A DNA stretch of 63,968 bases, filler included. It is 6 parts of 6 records of this genome, joined end to end, with 100 filler letters (N's around TTAATTAATTAA, not from the genome) between each part and the next. Parts side by side here need not be neighbours in the genome. Positions count along the whole stretch, not along the records: positions 41,806 to 48,541 come from DRR723986_14506; positions 48,642 to 58,850 come from DRR723986_14510; 4 more parts are not named here. One strand, given 5' to 3'. The position numbers were made by a program, and so were the translations under genes. Positions 41,812 to 52,191 of the stretch are shown in pieces. The notes beneath the pieces are model-generated. The model did no database searches. It had not been told where the DNA came from and was given only the letters and a program-made list of their open reading frames with translations. How positions within the stretch are numbered: position 1 is the first letter of the stretch; every line of letters starts with the position of its first letter.

Positions 41812-41870
41812 GGGCTAACAGCGTGTAGGACAAGTGTAGGCTAACAGCTGTTAGCCTGTAGGACAAGCCC
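41812..41870. repeat. Short palindrome and direct-repeat cluster (REP-like)
   Basis: Perfect 20-bp palindrome AGGCTAACAGCTGTTAGCCT (41838-41857); TGTAGGACAAG at 41824 and 41857; GGCTAACAGC twice. Confidence 0.6.
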
Positions 41871-41919
41871 AAATCTCCCCAGCTCCCACCTCCAAAAATC
41901 AACCCACCTCCAGACCTCA

Positions 41920-42669
41920 ATGCACCAATCGTCCAACAAACCCACAGCACCTGAGATTTCGATCGACGACCTGCTCGCGCAAATCTCCGCGGCCGAAGCC
42001 AAAGCCGCGCCGCGGCAATTCGATGGTGAAGTCCTCGGTACAATCAGCAGCGTGCGCGTTGTAGGGCGGCGCAACAAACGCTGCCGTGTTTTTCTCGACG
42101 GTCAGGAACTACTCGAATGTAATGCCGACGTTGTCTATGAATTTGGGCTCGGCAAAGGTACGCCCGTCACCCAGTCCCTGATTGACGCTGTTGAGGCGCG
42201 CGAGGCGCGCCTGCAGATGCGCCGTCAGGCCCTGGCATTTATAGCCTTTAAACCGCGCACCGAACAGCAGGTGCGCAAAAAACTGCGCGAACGCGGCTAT
42301 GGGGACGACATGGTCGCCGAAGGAATCGCCTTCCTCTACGAATTTGAATACCTGGATGACCGCCGCTATGCTGAGATGTTCGTCCGCGATCAACTACGCG
42401 ACGGCAAAAAAGGCATCCGCCGCATAAAAAGCGACCTGCGCGCACGCGGTGTGCCGCAGCCGATTTGTGAAGATGTGCTCAGCGAATTGAGCGGCGAATT
42501 TGACACCAGTGAACATGCGCTCACAGCCGCACGTCGTAAACTGCGCTCCCTGGGCCACAAACCACGCGAAAAACAGCTGACTTCACTGCGCGACTGGCTG
42601 CTGCGGCGCGGTTTTTCCTTTGACGAAACGCGCAATGCACTCGCCGATCTATTTGATGAGGAGGCCTAA
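41920..42669 (+). CDS. recX: Recombination regulator RecX (long form)
   Basis: ALAFIAFKPRTEQQVRKKLRERGY, YLDDRRYAEMFVR, LRARGV and LLRRGFS. Confidence 0.9.
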   Translation: MHQSSNKPTAPEISIDDLLAQISAAEAKAAPRQFDGEVLGTISSVRVVGRRNKRCRVFLDGQELLECNADVVYEFGLGKGTPVTQSLIDAVEAREARLQMRRQALAFIAFKPRTEQQVRKKLRERGYGDDMVAEGIAFLYEFEYLDDRRYAEMFVRDQLRDGKKGIRRIKSDLRARGVPQPICEDVLSELSGEFDTSEHALTAARRKLRSLGHKPREKQLTSLRDWLLRRGFSFDETRNALADLFDEEA

Positions 42670-43989
42670 ATGCAGCCGGAAATGAACCTGTACTGTGGGC
42701 ACCTGATTTCTCCGCTGGCCAATGGTGGATTTCTGGATGAACCCGAAGGCGCACTCCTCGTTGATGCAAACGGAACAATCAGATTTGCCGGCGCGCGCGC
42801 GGCCTGCTCCACCGGCAGCAACACTCAAGTGCACGCGCATCCCGGCTCATTGATTTTGCCTGGATTGATTGACACGCACACACATGCGCCCCAATTCCCA
42901 CTGCGGGCGCGCTGGTCCGGCGAATTACTGGACTGGCTCAATCAGGAAGTTTTTCCATTTGAAGCCCGATTTAACGATCCGGAACTTGCGCGGCAGGTGG
43001 CGCGCGCATTTTTTGCCGAAGCGCTGGCCCAGGGAACAACTTCCATGGCTGTCTTCTGTACAATACATGCCGCCGCAACCTCACTCTGTTTTGAGGAAGC
43101 CGCCGCCGCCGGAGTGCGCGCTCTGATCGGCAAATCAATGATCGACATGCAGGCTCCGGCCAACCTGACGCAGTCGATAGACGAAAATGTGGCGGGCATG
43201 CAGCAAGTCTCCGCGCGCTGGCATGGCCACGATAATGGACGCCTGCAATACTGCGTGACGCCGCGTTATGCGGGCAGCTGCAGCCGCGAGTTACTACAGC
43301 GTTGCGCCGAATTCGCGGCAGTCAATGGGCTGCCGATTCAGTCGCATCTGTCTGAAAATCCAGCGGAAATCAAATTTGTGACCGGATTGCATCAATATGC
43401 AGCCGATTACACCGAAATATATGCGCAGGCCGGATTGCTTGGTGAGCGCACGATCATGGCGCATGCGATCTATCTGGCAGACAGCGAACTGCAAAACCTG
43501 GCACAAAACAGAACCGCACTGGCGCACTGTCCCTGCTCAAATCGTTTTCTGCAAAGCGGGGTGATGGGCTTGCGCGAACGGCAGGACTTCGGTCTGCGCA
43601 TTGGACTTGGATCGGACGTCGCCGGTGGCTGGACGCTCTCACTCCTGAACGAGATGCGCGAGGCGGTTGAAAGCAGCAAAACCTGGAACTTTAGCAATCC
43701 GGGCCGCGAGCGTGCTACACTTAGTGCTTGTGAGGCTTTGCGTCTGGCAAGTTACGAAGGCGCGCGTGTCCTGGGGCTTGACGCGTTGGTTGGTTCGCTG
43801 GAGGAAGGCAAGGAAGCAGATTTTTTGTTTTGCGCTGATCCACAAGCCGGAAGCAGTTTAACCGCCGACCAGAAATTGAGTCGCACGACGGAAGAAACGC
43901 TCAATGCGCTCTTGTACACGCCGCAACTCAGCACAATTCAGTCAACATTCATTCGCGGCAAATGTGTATTTTTGCGTGGCGCTTCCTGA
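42670..43989 (+). CDS. guaD: Guanine deaminase
   Basis: PGLIDTHTHAPQ, LLDWL, VTPRYA, QSHLSEN, HCPCSN and GLGSDVAGG. Confidence 0.9.
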   Translation: MQPEMNLYCGHLISPLANGGFLDEPEGALLVDANGTIRFAGARAACSTGSNTQVHAHPGSLILPGLIDTHTHAPQFPLRARWSGELLDWLNQEVFPFEARFNDPELARQVARAFFAEALAQGTTSMAVFCTIHAAATSLCFEEAAAAGVRALIGKSMIDMQAPANLTQSIDENVAGMQQVSARWHGHDNGRLQYCVTPRYAGSCSRELLQRCAEFAAVNGLPIQSHLSENPAEIKFVTGLHQYAADYTEIYAQAGLLGERTIMAHAIYLADSELQNLAQNRTALAHCPCSNRFLQSGVMGLRERQDFGLRIGLGSDVAGGWTLSLLNEMREAVESSKTWNFSNPGRERATLSACEALRLASYEGARVLGLDALVGSLEEGKEADFLFCADPQAGSSLTADQKLSRTTEETLNALLYTPQLSTIQSTFIRGKCVFLRGAS

Positions 43990-44150
43990 TTTGACGCAGG
44001 CCGCCGAAACATTCGGCCACGCCGGCCGTCTGCCGACAGCATAAAGCTTTGGATGTGTTTGATATGTTCTCCTTATCGCATATCTGATGACCAGCAAAAT
44101 CCCCGGAAAATATTTAACACAGCATAATTCCTGTATCGAGAGGGAGTGAT

Positions 44151-46130
44151 ATGATTCGTCGCTTCGGCTACCTTAGCCTGATTGCCATTTGTATGTTCAC
44201 CGCCGGCAGCCTGTCTGCCCAGGATACCAAGTCGTATCCAACCTGGTTGTTTGGTCCCTATCTGGGGCTGGATCTTAACTTTCATTCATCAGACTTTGCG
44301 GTTCCGCCGCCTGTCTCCGAAGATTTTACGGGGGGGCTTAGTACCGGCGCGCTGGATGACAGCGATCTGGGAATCGGTCTGAATGGCGGACTTCTCGTCG
44401 AATACCGCATGAATGAGGATTTTGGTGTTGGTGGTCGTCTCGGAGTTGGTAGTGCGTCTGGAGACCTTGCCGGCATTGGCACTATTTTGCCGGATCTGGC
44501 AACCGACCTCTCGATGGAAACATCACTGCTCTATCTGGACATCACTCCGCTCGCCAATTTCTACGACATTTTTGGCGTGGAAAACATGTATGCGCTTGGT
44601 GGAATCAACATGGGAGTGCCTTTAACAAGCACCTACTCCCTGACTGAGACGCTGCAGGGTGATAACACTTTCGTGGGCGGTGAGAATTCGCGTTCATATG
44701 GTACAGATGTTGATGTCCCAGATGCAGCGGCGCGTTTTGCACTCGTTGCCGGTATCGGGTATAACATCCCACTGACTGAGACCATGTACCTCTCGCCTGA
44801 AGCACAGATTCGTTTTCCGCTGACTGATGTCTCTTCGAATGATCTCTTCGACTCCTGGAACGTGCCTCAGGCGCGCATCGGAGTTGCACTCAAATTTGAT
44901 CTATCGTCCGACACAGAGGATGCACCAGAAGTCAGCGGCGATTCTGGCCTGCTGGCATCGATGGACGAAATCGTCTACTACGACGAAGGTGGATCCACGC
45001 AGAAGCTTGACGTTGTTCGGGTAGAGGACCTGCAGTATTCGGAAATGTATCCGCTTCTGCCCTACGTCTTCTTCACTGAAGGCAAAACGACGCCGACTCC
45101 CGGGATGCAGACCGTCAGCGCCAGATCCGAAGCCGGTGAGTTTTCAATTGCAGGCCTGCCGCAGGACGCCATGGAAATCAACCGCAATGCTCTGAACGTC
45201 ATCGGTTCACGCATGCTGGAGTATCCGAATGCACGCCTGACAATCACCGGTACAAACGACGGCAAAAACGAAACGCAGCAGATGTCCAAAGCGCGCGCGG
45301 ACTTTGCCAAAAAATATCTGACCGACAACTTCAAAATTGATCCATCGAGAATCACGACTGATGCGCGCAGCCTGCCTGCCAAACCATCAAACAGTAAAGA
45401 TCCCGATGGTCTGGCGGAAAACCGTCGCATTGAATTCAGCAGCACAGTCGAGAATGTTCTAGCGCCAATAACCGTCCAGCAGGACAATCAGCGCATTGCC
45501 GCTCCACATCTGATTGAATTCCGCCCTTCAGCAAGTTCTAAGGCCGACGTCACGCAGTGGACACTGACCGTCTCACAGGCAGGTAAAATTTTGCGCGAGT
45601 TCACATACAACGGAGCGCCCAAAGCGCGCCGCTGGATCATTCGTCCAAATGAGCTGGCCGCCTCACAACTGCCGATTGAATGGAATCTTAGTGTTGCTGA
45701 TGCCAGCGGTGCCGTTAATGAAATCAACGGTCAAATTCCGGTTGATTACCTTTCCAGCACGCGCAAAGCAACTGAACAGCTTCCCGACCGTACGATCGAA
45801 AAATTCAGTCTGATTCTGTTTGACTTTGACAGTGCGGACCTGACCGAGCCGAATCGCGAAATCCTGACGCGTTCAATTGTTCCGGCCATCCGTCATAATT
45901 CGCAGGTACGCGTCTACGGATATGCTGACCGCATTGGCTCCGAGTCTTACAACAAAGAGCTCTCAGCCCGTCGTGCGAATACAGTCAAAAATGCAATTGC
46001 TACAGCAACCAAGTCTGCCGGAATCGATGCATCTGGTGTTGGTGAAGACCTCTTGCTGTTTGACAATGAGTCTCCAATTGGACGAAACCTGTGTCGTACA
46101 GTTCAGGTAATCGTTGAAACACCGAAGTAA
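44151..46130 (+). CDS. Large OmpA-family outer-membrane protein (N-terminal beta-barrel plus two OmpA_C-like domains)
   Basis: Signal peptide; barrel-like N-half ending ARIGVALKF; ITGTND..SKARA..AENRRIEF; LFDFDSADL..VYGYADRIG..YNKELSARRA..GRNLCRTV. Confidence 0.85.
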   Translation: MIRRFGYLSLIAICMFTAGSLSAQDTKSYPTWLFGPYLGLDLNFHSSDFAVPPPVSEDFTGGLSTGALDDSDLGIGLNGGLLVEYRMNEDFGVGGRLGVGSASGDLAGIGTILPDLATDLSMETSLLYLDITPLANFYDIFGVENMYALGGINMGVPLTSTYSLTETLQGDNTFVGGENSRSYGTDVDVPDAAARFALVAGIGYNIPLTETMYLSPEAQIRFPLTDVSSNDLFDSWNVPQARIGVALKFDLSSDTEDAPEVSGDSGLLASMDEIVYYDEGGSTQKLDVVRVEDLQYSEMYPLLPYVFFTEGKTTPTPGMQTVSARSEAGEFSIAGLPQDAMEINRNALNVIGSRMLEYPNARLTITGTNDGKNETQQMSKARADFAKKYLTDNFKIDPSRITTDARSLPAKPSNSKDPDGLAENRRIEFSSTVENVLAPITVQQDNQRIAAPHLIEFRPSASSKADVTQWTLTVSQAGKILREFTYNGAPKARRWIIRPNELAASQLPIEWNLSVADASGAVNEINGQIPVDYLSSTRKATEQLPDRTIEKFSLILFDFDSADLTEPNREILTRSIVPAIRHNSQVRVYGYADRIGSESYNKELSARRANTVKNAIATATKSAGIDASGVGEDLLLFDNESPIGRNLCRTVQVIVETPK

Positions 46131-46494
46131 GGTGCGGAGCCTGCTGCTCTCACCGTAAGCTGATATTTTCCTGGCTGCGTCACTGTGCGCGGCCAGGAAA
46201 TTGTTTACTCGCAGTTTTGGCTGTAATAATTGATGGCCATTCGCGTGTATAGCGCTCAGCATGCATTAACACATTCATATCAGCCTGATCGGCGTACACA
46301 GGCGCTGTTCAGCTGCTCCCGAGGCCTGCTCTGGGAGACCGCCCGGGGGGCACAAATTCCAGCGGTCTTTCTTATCTGCGCCGAACCTTCCATGTGGCAG
46401 GGTGTACCCTGGAATACGACATCAAATGCTTGGCCGGGCCTTCGGAAATTCGAGGGATACAGGCAGAGTGGAATTACCAGTTTGGGTGATTTGA

Positions 46495-48450
46495 ATGGAT
46501 GACAATGTTTTAAGCTCTTCAGCTTACAAGTTTTTACCTTCGATTGAATTTCCTGCAGACCTTCGCAAACTTGACGCCAATGATCTGCCCCAGGTCTGTG
46601 CCGAAGTGCGCGAATTCATCGTGGATACGATTACACAGGTTGGCGGCCACTTTGGCGGCGGACTTGGCGCAGTCGAACTCACCGTGGCATTGCACTACGT
46701 CTTTAACACACCCAAAGACAAAATTGTCATTGACACCGGCCACCAGGGTTATCCCCACAAAATTTTGACTGGACGGCGCGACCGCCTGGCTTCAATCCGC
46801 AAAAAAGATGGGCTCTCCGGTTTCCTCAAGCGCGAAGAAAGCGAGTATGATGTCTTTGGTGCAGGCCACGCCTCTACCAGCATCTCCGCCGCGCTCGGCC
46901 TCGCCGTTGCTCGTGACTACAAGGGTGAAGACTACAATGTTGCTGCCGTAATTGGCGACGGCGCCATGACCGGCGGCCTGGCCTATGAGGCTATGAATAA
47001 TTGTGGAGTCCAGAACCGACGCATGATTGTCATCCTGAATGACAATAACATGTCGATCGACCCCAACGTTTGGTCCATCTCCAACTACTTCACGGGCCTG
47101 GCGACAAAAGACGCCGTACAGCGCGTGCGTAAAAACGTCTGGGAACTGGCCGGCCGCACCGGCGAAGTTGGTGATCGCATCCGGCGCTTACTCGGCAAAA
47201 TCGAAGACGGGATGAAAGCCGTTCTGACGCCAGGTATGCTGTTCGAAGCTCTCGGCTTTGACTACTTTGGTCCCATTAATGGACACAACGTCAAACAACT
47301 GGCTGAAACGCTTGAGTTTATCAAAGAAAATGTAAACGGTCCCGTGCTGCTGCACGTGACCACGCAGAAGGGTAAAGGCTACAAACCAGCCGAAAAACAC
47401 GTGCAGTTCCTGCATGCTATCGGCCAGCCCGTAGACAAGATTACCGGACAGGTACTCTCAACTCCGCCCGCTCCAGCCAAACCGCCGAAGTACGAGAAAG
47501 TCTTTGGCCAGGCGATGATCGAGCTCTGCAAACAAAACAAATGCATCGTCGGGATTACCGCCGCTATGCCGAGCGGTACCGGACTGATTGCATTGCAAAA
47601 AGAAATGCCGGACCGCGTAATTGACGTCGGGATTGCCGAAGGGCATGCCGTCACGTTTGCCGCGGGAATGGCTGCCGAAGGTATGACGCCGGTTTGTGCG
47701 ATCTACTCCTCATTCCTGCAGCGCGCCTTTGACAATGTGGTCCACGACTGTGCTTTGCAACATTTGCACGTCGTCTTTTGCCTGGACCGCTCCGGATTGG
47801 TCGGAGCCGACGGTCCCACACACCACGGTGTCCTTGACTTCGCGTATTTACGCATCATCCAGGGAATGGTCGTCATGGCTCCCAAAGATGAAGCTGAATT
47901 GCGCGATATGCTCTACACCGCTACCAGCGTCTACAAAGACGGCCCCGTTTCAATTCGCTATCCGCGTGGCAATGGGGAAGGTGCTCAGATTGGAGAAATG
48001 AAAGCAATTCCCATCGGCAAAGGTGAGATATTGCGCGAGGGCAGTGACCTGGCAATTATGGCAATTGGCAATCGCGTCTATCCTTCGTTGGAAGCCGCTG
48101 AAGCCCTTGAAGCTGAAGGCATCCATGCCACGGTCGTGAATGCACGTTACGTCAAACCGCTCGACACGGACCTGATTGATGCGCTCTGTGCCAAATACAC
48201 TCGCATCATCACAGTTGAAGATCATCAAAAACAAGGTGGTTTTGGCAGTGCGGTTGTTGAGTATCTGGCAGAAAAGCGCATTACCGGAGTTGAAGTCAAA
48301 GTCCATGGCATCGATGATATCTATGTCGATCATGGTACACAGACCGAACTCTGGCGCGAGACTGAGCTGGATGCTCAGGGCATTGCCGACGTAGCTCGCA
48401 GAATGCTGGGAGTATCTCAGGAAATCAACGAACTTGTTCCTGAAAAGTAG
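46495..48450 (+). CDS. dxs: 1-deoxy-D-xylulose-5-phosphate synthase
   Basis: GGHFGGGLG, GHQGYPHK, GDGAMTGG...NDNNMSI, DVGIAEGH and GADGPTHHG. Confidence 0.97.
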   Translation: MDDNVLSSSAYKFLPSIEFPADLRKLDANDLPQVCAEVREFIVDTITQVGGHFGGGLGAVELTVALHYVFNTPKDKIVIDTGHQGYPHKILTGRRDRLASIRKKDGLSGFLKREESEYDVFGAGHASTSISAALGLAVARDYKGEDYNVAAVIGDGAMTGGLAYEAMNNCGVQNRRMIVILNDNNMSIDPNVWSISNYFTGLATKDAVQRVRKNVWELAGRTGEVGDRIRRLLGKIEDGMKAVLTPGMLFEALGFDYFGPINGHNVKQLAETLEFIKENVNGPVLLHVTTQKGKGYKPAEKHVQFLHAIGQPVDKITGQVLSTPPAPAKPPKYEKVFGQAMIELCKQNKCIVGITAAMPSGTGLIALQKEMPDRVIDVGIAEGHAVTFAAGMAAEGMTPVCAIYSSFLQRAFDNVVHDCALQHLHVVFCLDRSGLVGADGPTHHGVLDFAYLRIIQGMVVMAPKDEAELRDMLYTATSVYKDGPVSIRYPRGNGEGAQIGEMKAIPIGKGEILREGSDLAIMAIGNRVYPSLEAAEALEAEGIHATVVNARYVKPLDTDLIDALCAKYTRIITVEDHQKQGGFGSAVVEYLAEKRITGVEVKVHGIDDIYVDHGTQTELWRETELDAQGIADVARRMLGVSQEINELVPEK

Positions 48451-48457
48451 ATTTTAG

Positions 48458-48488
48458 TTGCTTTTGGATGAACAAAAGCCTAATTTTG
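48458..48488 (+). promoter_or_regulatory. Candidate promoter for tRNA-Lys
   Basis: TTGCTT-N17-TAATTT; the downstream element also fits the Bacteroidota TAnnTTTG motif (TAATTTTG). Confidence 0.5.
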
Positions 48489-48504
48489 CCTTTCTCTAGA
48501 GGTT

Positions 48505-48541
48505 GATCCCGTAGCTCAGTTGGTAGAGCAACTGACTTTTA
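48505..48541 (+). tRNA. tRNA-Lys(UUU), 5' half only, truncated by the contig end
   Basis: GATCCCGTAGCTCAGTTGGTAGAGCAACTGACTTTTA: D-arm plus anticodon TTT. Confidence 0.88.
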
Positions 48542-48641
48542 NNNNNNNNNNNNNNNNNNNNNNNNNNNNNNNNNNNNNNNNNNNNTTAATTAATTAANNN
48601 NNNNNNNNNNNNNNNNNNNNNNNNNNNNNNNNNNNNNNNNN
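48542..48641. other. Artificial contig spacer
   Basis: N-run + TTAATTAATTAA + N-run. Confidence 0.98.
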
Positions 48642-49773
48642 CAACATCTTCAACCTGACGATCCAGACCGTGTCCGTTGCCATCATGGCCACCGGTATGG
48701 TGTTCGTTATCGTCACCCGCCACATCGATCTGTCCGTCGGCTCCGTTCTGGCGACCGTTGCGGCGGTCATGGCGGTTGTCCAGACCGATGTCCTGCCGCC
48801 GCTGCTCGGCCTCGGCAATCCGGCTATCTGGATCCTGGCCATTCTGGCTGGTGTGGTCGTTGGTGTGCTGATCGGTGCCTTCCAGGGCTGGATGGTCGGT
48901 TATCTCGGCATTCCGGCCTTCATCGTGACGCTCGGTGGCCTCCTGGTCTGGCGCAACGTTGCCTGGTTCATCACCTCCGGTCAGACGATCGGCCCGCTCG
49001 ATGAAACCTTCACCATGATCGGCGGTATCGGCGGCACCATGGGCGAAACGGGATCGTGGATCTTCGGCGTTCTGGCCGTCGCCGTTGCGTTGTGGATGCA
49101 GGTCTCCTCGCGCCGCCGCAAGGCTGCACATGGGTTCCCGGTCAAACCCGGCTGGGCGGAAGTCACCATGGGTGTCATCACGACCGGGGCAATTCTCGGG
49201 TTCGTCTGGGTGCTGAATGCCTATGACATTCCCACCGCCCGTCTTGAGCGGATCTTCGAAGCCCGGGGCGAAACCATGCCGGAAGGCCTGGTCATGGGCT
49301 ACGGCATTCCCTACTCGGTGCTGCTCCTGATCGTGGTTACCGTCGTCATGACCATCGTCGCGCGCCGCACCCGTCTCGGACGCTACATTTTCGCAACCGG
49401 CGGAAATCCGGATGCCGCGGAGCTTTCCGGCATCAACACCAGGTTCCTGACCGTCAAGGTGTTTGCCATCATGGGCGGCCTCAGCGCGCTCGCAGCCGCT
49501 GTCGCGGCCGCGCGCCTCGGCTTTTCCACCAACGACATCGGCACGCTGGACGAACTCAGGGTCATTGCCGCGGCAGTGATCGGCGGCACCGCGCTTGCCG
49601 GCGGTGTCGGCACGATCTACGGCGCCATCCTGGGCGCGCTGATCATGCAGTCATTGCAGTCGGGCATGGCCATGGTCGGCGTCGACGCCCCGCTGCAGAA
49701 TATCGTCGTGGGCACCGTGCTCGTCATCGCCGTCCTCGTCGACATCATCTATCGCAAGCGCACGGGAGACTGA
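48642..49773 (+). CDS. xylH: Xylose ABC transporter permease, 5' truncated
   Basis: HIDLSVGS, IPAFIVTLGG, GGNPDAAELSGI and ELRVIAAAVIGG; upstream of xylB/xylA. Confidence 0.88.
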
Positions 49774-49776
49774 GAC

Positions 49777-50565
49777 ATGGACGCGCCTCTCGTAGAAATG
49801 AAAGACATGTGCATCTCCTTCGGCGGGGTGCAGGCCGTGGATCATGTCTCTGTCGATCTTTATCCGGGTGAAGTCGTGGGTCTGCTTGGCCACAACGGTG
49901 CCGGCAAGTCGACCCTGATCAAGATCCTTTCCGGTGCCTACAAGGCCGACAGCGGCGAAATCCGCATCAACGGCAAGGAAGTGCACATTCACTCACCGCG
50001 CGACGCGCGGGCGCAGAACATCGAGACCATCTACCAGACGCTTGCTCTGGCGGATAATCTCGATGCCGCGTCCAACCTCTTCCTCGGCCGTGAACTGACC
50101 TCGCCGCTCGGCTTTGTCGACGACGATGCCATGGAAGCGGAAACCCGCAAGATCATGGGCCGGCTCAACCCGAACTTCAAAAAGTTCCATGCGCCGGTGA
50201 AAGCCCTGTCGGGCGGTCAGCGCCAGTCGGTGGCCATTGCCCGTGCGGTCTATTTCAATGCCAAGATCCTGATCATGGACGAACCGACCGCCGCGCTTGG
50301 CGTGCATGAAACGCAGATGGTGGCTGAACTCATCCAGGAACTGAAGAAACAGGGCCTCGGCATCTTCCTGATCAGCCACGACATCCACGACGTCTTCCAG
50401 CTTTGCGACCGTATCGCGGTCATGAAGAACGGTCAGCTAGTCGGCACCGCCCGCACGACCGACGTCACTGATGACGACGTGCTCGGCATGATCATTCTGG
50501 GTAAATGCCCGGAAGGGGCGATCCCGGGTCCAGGTGCTCTTGTGGACGATACAGTGGTCGGATAA
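49777..50565 (+). CDS. xylG: Sugar (xylose) ABC transporter ATPase, single domain
   Basis: [15 protein letters not shown] and MDEPTAALG; operon context. Confidence 0.85.
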   Translation: MDAPLVEMKDMCISFGGVQAVDHVSVDLYPGEVVGLLGHNGAGKSTLIKILSGAYKADSGEIRINGKEVHIHSPRDARAQNIETIYQTLALADNLDAASNLFLGRELTSPLGFVDDDAMEAETRKIMGRLNPNFKKFHAPVKALSGGQRQSVAIARAVYFNAKILIMDEPTAALGVHETQMVAELIQELKKQGLGIFLISHDIHDVFQLCDRIAVMKNGQLVGTARTTDVTDDDVLGMIILGKCPEGAIPGPGALVDDTVVG

Positions 50566-50714
50566 ACCGACAGGACCCGCGGGCTCTTGCCCGCGGGACT
50601 TCCTCATGGTTTGAACAGATGGCCTGGCCCTGTTCGGACGGTGTGGACCCTCATGCCGACACCCGGTCACGGGCCATCGGCATTCTTTTTGATTGTTTTT
50701 GAGGAACGCACCTC

Positions 50715-52166
50715 ATGTATATCGGCCTCGATATCGGTACCAGTTCGGTCAAAGCCATTCTTCTTGGTGAGGACCAGTCCCTGATCGCATCGGCAACCGC
50801 GGAGTTGACGGTCCAGCGTCCCCATCCGGGCTGGTCGGAACAGGACCCGGACAGCTGGTGGCGGGCTTGCGAAACCGTTCTGGACGCGCTCAAGGCGGAA
50901 GCGCCGAAGGCCATGGCCGCGGTGCGTGGCATCGGCTTGTCCGGCCATATGCACGGTGCCACGCTTCTGGATGCCACCGGTAAGCCGTTGCGCCCCTGCA
51001 TCCTGTGGAACGACGGCAGGTCGGGCAAGCAGTGCTCGGAACTGGAAGCGGCCGAACCGAAATTCCTGACGCTCGGCGGCAACCGGGTGATGCCGGGCTT
51101 CACCGCGCCGAAGCTGCAGTGGGTGCGCGAGAACGAGCCGGAAATCTTCGCCAGAACCACCATGGTTCTGCTGCCCAAGGACTATGTCCGTTTCAAGCTG
51201 ACGGGCGAGTACTTCGGCGAAATGTCGGATGCCGCCGGAACGCTCTGGCTGGATGTCGCCAGACGCGACTGGAGCGACGCGCTTCTGGCCGCCACGGGCC
51301 TCACCCGTGAGAACATGCCGCGCCTTGTCGAAGGCTCCGAAAGCTCGGGCACACTCAAGGCGGATCTTTGTGGCCGCTGGGGTTTCGACGCCGCTCCGGT
51401 GGTGGCCGGCGGCGGCGGCGACAATGCCGCATCTGCCTGCGGTGTCGGTGCGGTCGATCCAGGCTCGGCCTTTGTCTCGCTCGGGACCTCCGGCGTGCTG
51501 TTCGTGACCAACGACCGCTTCTCGCCCAACGTCGACAGCGCGGTTCACGCCTTCTGCCATGCCGTGCCGGACACCTGGCACCAGATGGGGGTGATCCTTT
51601 CGGCAACCGACAGCCTCAACTGGCTCGCAAAGGTACTGAAGCGCAATCCGGGTGAACTCACCGGTCTGGTTGGCAATGTGGAAGGGCCTTCGCCCGTTTC
51701 CTTCATGCCTTATCTCGGCGGCGAACGGACGCCGCACAACGACGTCGACATCCGCGCCGGCTTCTTCGGCATTTCCCACGGAACCGACGATGCCGAACTC
51801 TGCCACGCGGTACTCGACGGTGTCGCCTTTGCGCTGAAGGACTGCCTGGAAGCGCTCAGCGTTGCCGGCACCGGTATCGAACGCGTTCTGGCGGTCGGCG
51901 GCGGGTCTCGCTCGACGGTCTGGCTGGAGATCATCGCCAGCCTGCTCAATGTTCCGGTCGACGTTCCGGTGGATGGCGACTTCGGCGGCTCGCTTGGCGC
52001 GGCCAGGCTCGGTCAGGCCGCCGCGCTCGGTAGCACCGAGGGCATTTTCACCAAGCCCGCCCTCAAGGCCAGCATCGATCCGGTGCCGGCCCTCACACAA
52101 AGATATGCCGAAGGCTACGAGCGCTGGCGCAAGCTTTATCCGGCGCTCAAACAAGCCGGCTTTTAG
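50715..52166 (+). CDS. xylB: Xylulokinase
   Basis: [35 protein letters not shown] and [12 protein letters not shown]. Confidence 0.96.
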   Translation: MYIGLDIGTSSVKAILLGEDQSLIASATAELTVQRPHPGWSEQDPDSWWRACETVLDALKAEAPKAMAAVRGIGLSGHMHGATLLDATGKPLRPCILWNDGRSGKQCSELEAAEPKFLTLGGNRVMPGFTAPKLQWVRENEPEIFARTTMVLLPKDYVRFKLTGEYFGEMSDAAGTLWLDVARRDWSDALLAATGLTRENMPRLVEGSESSGTLKADLCGRWGFDAAPVVAGGGGDNAASACGVGAVDPGSAFVSLGTSGVLFVTNDRFSPNVDSAVHAFCHAVPDTWHQMGVILSATDSLNWLAKVLKRNPGELTGLVGNVEGPSPVSFMPYLGGERTPHNDVDIRAGFFGISHGTDDAELCHAVLDGVAFALKDCLEALSVAGTGIERVLAVGGGSRSTVWLEIIASLLNVPVDVPVDGDFGGSLGAARLGQAAALGSTEGIFTKPALKASIDPVPALTQRYAEGYERWRKLYPALKQAGF

Positions 52167-52191
52167 GAAACATATTCAAGGAGATGACAAC

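Noticed and set aside
46281..46310. TPP riboswitch before dxs (CCTGATC...GGCG resemblance)
   Set aside because: The upstream GCTGAGA element and the P1 architecture are missing on the sense strand.
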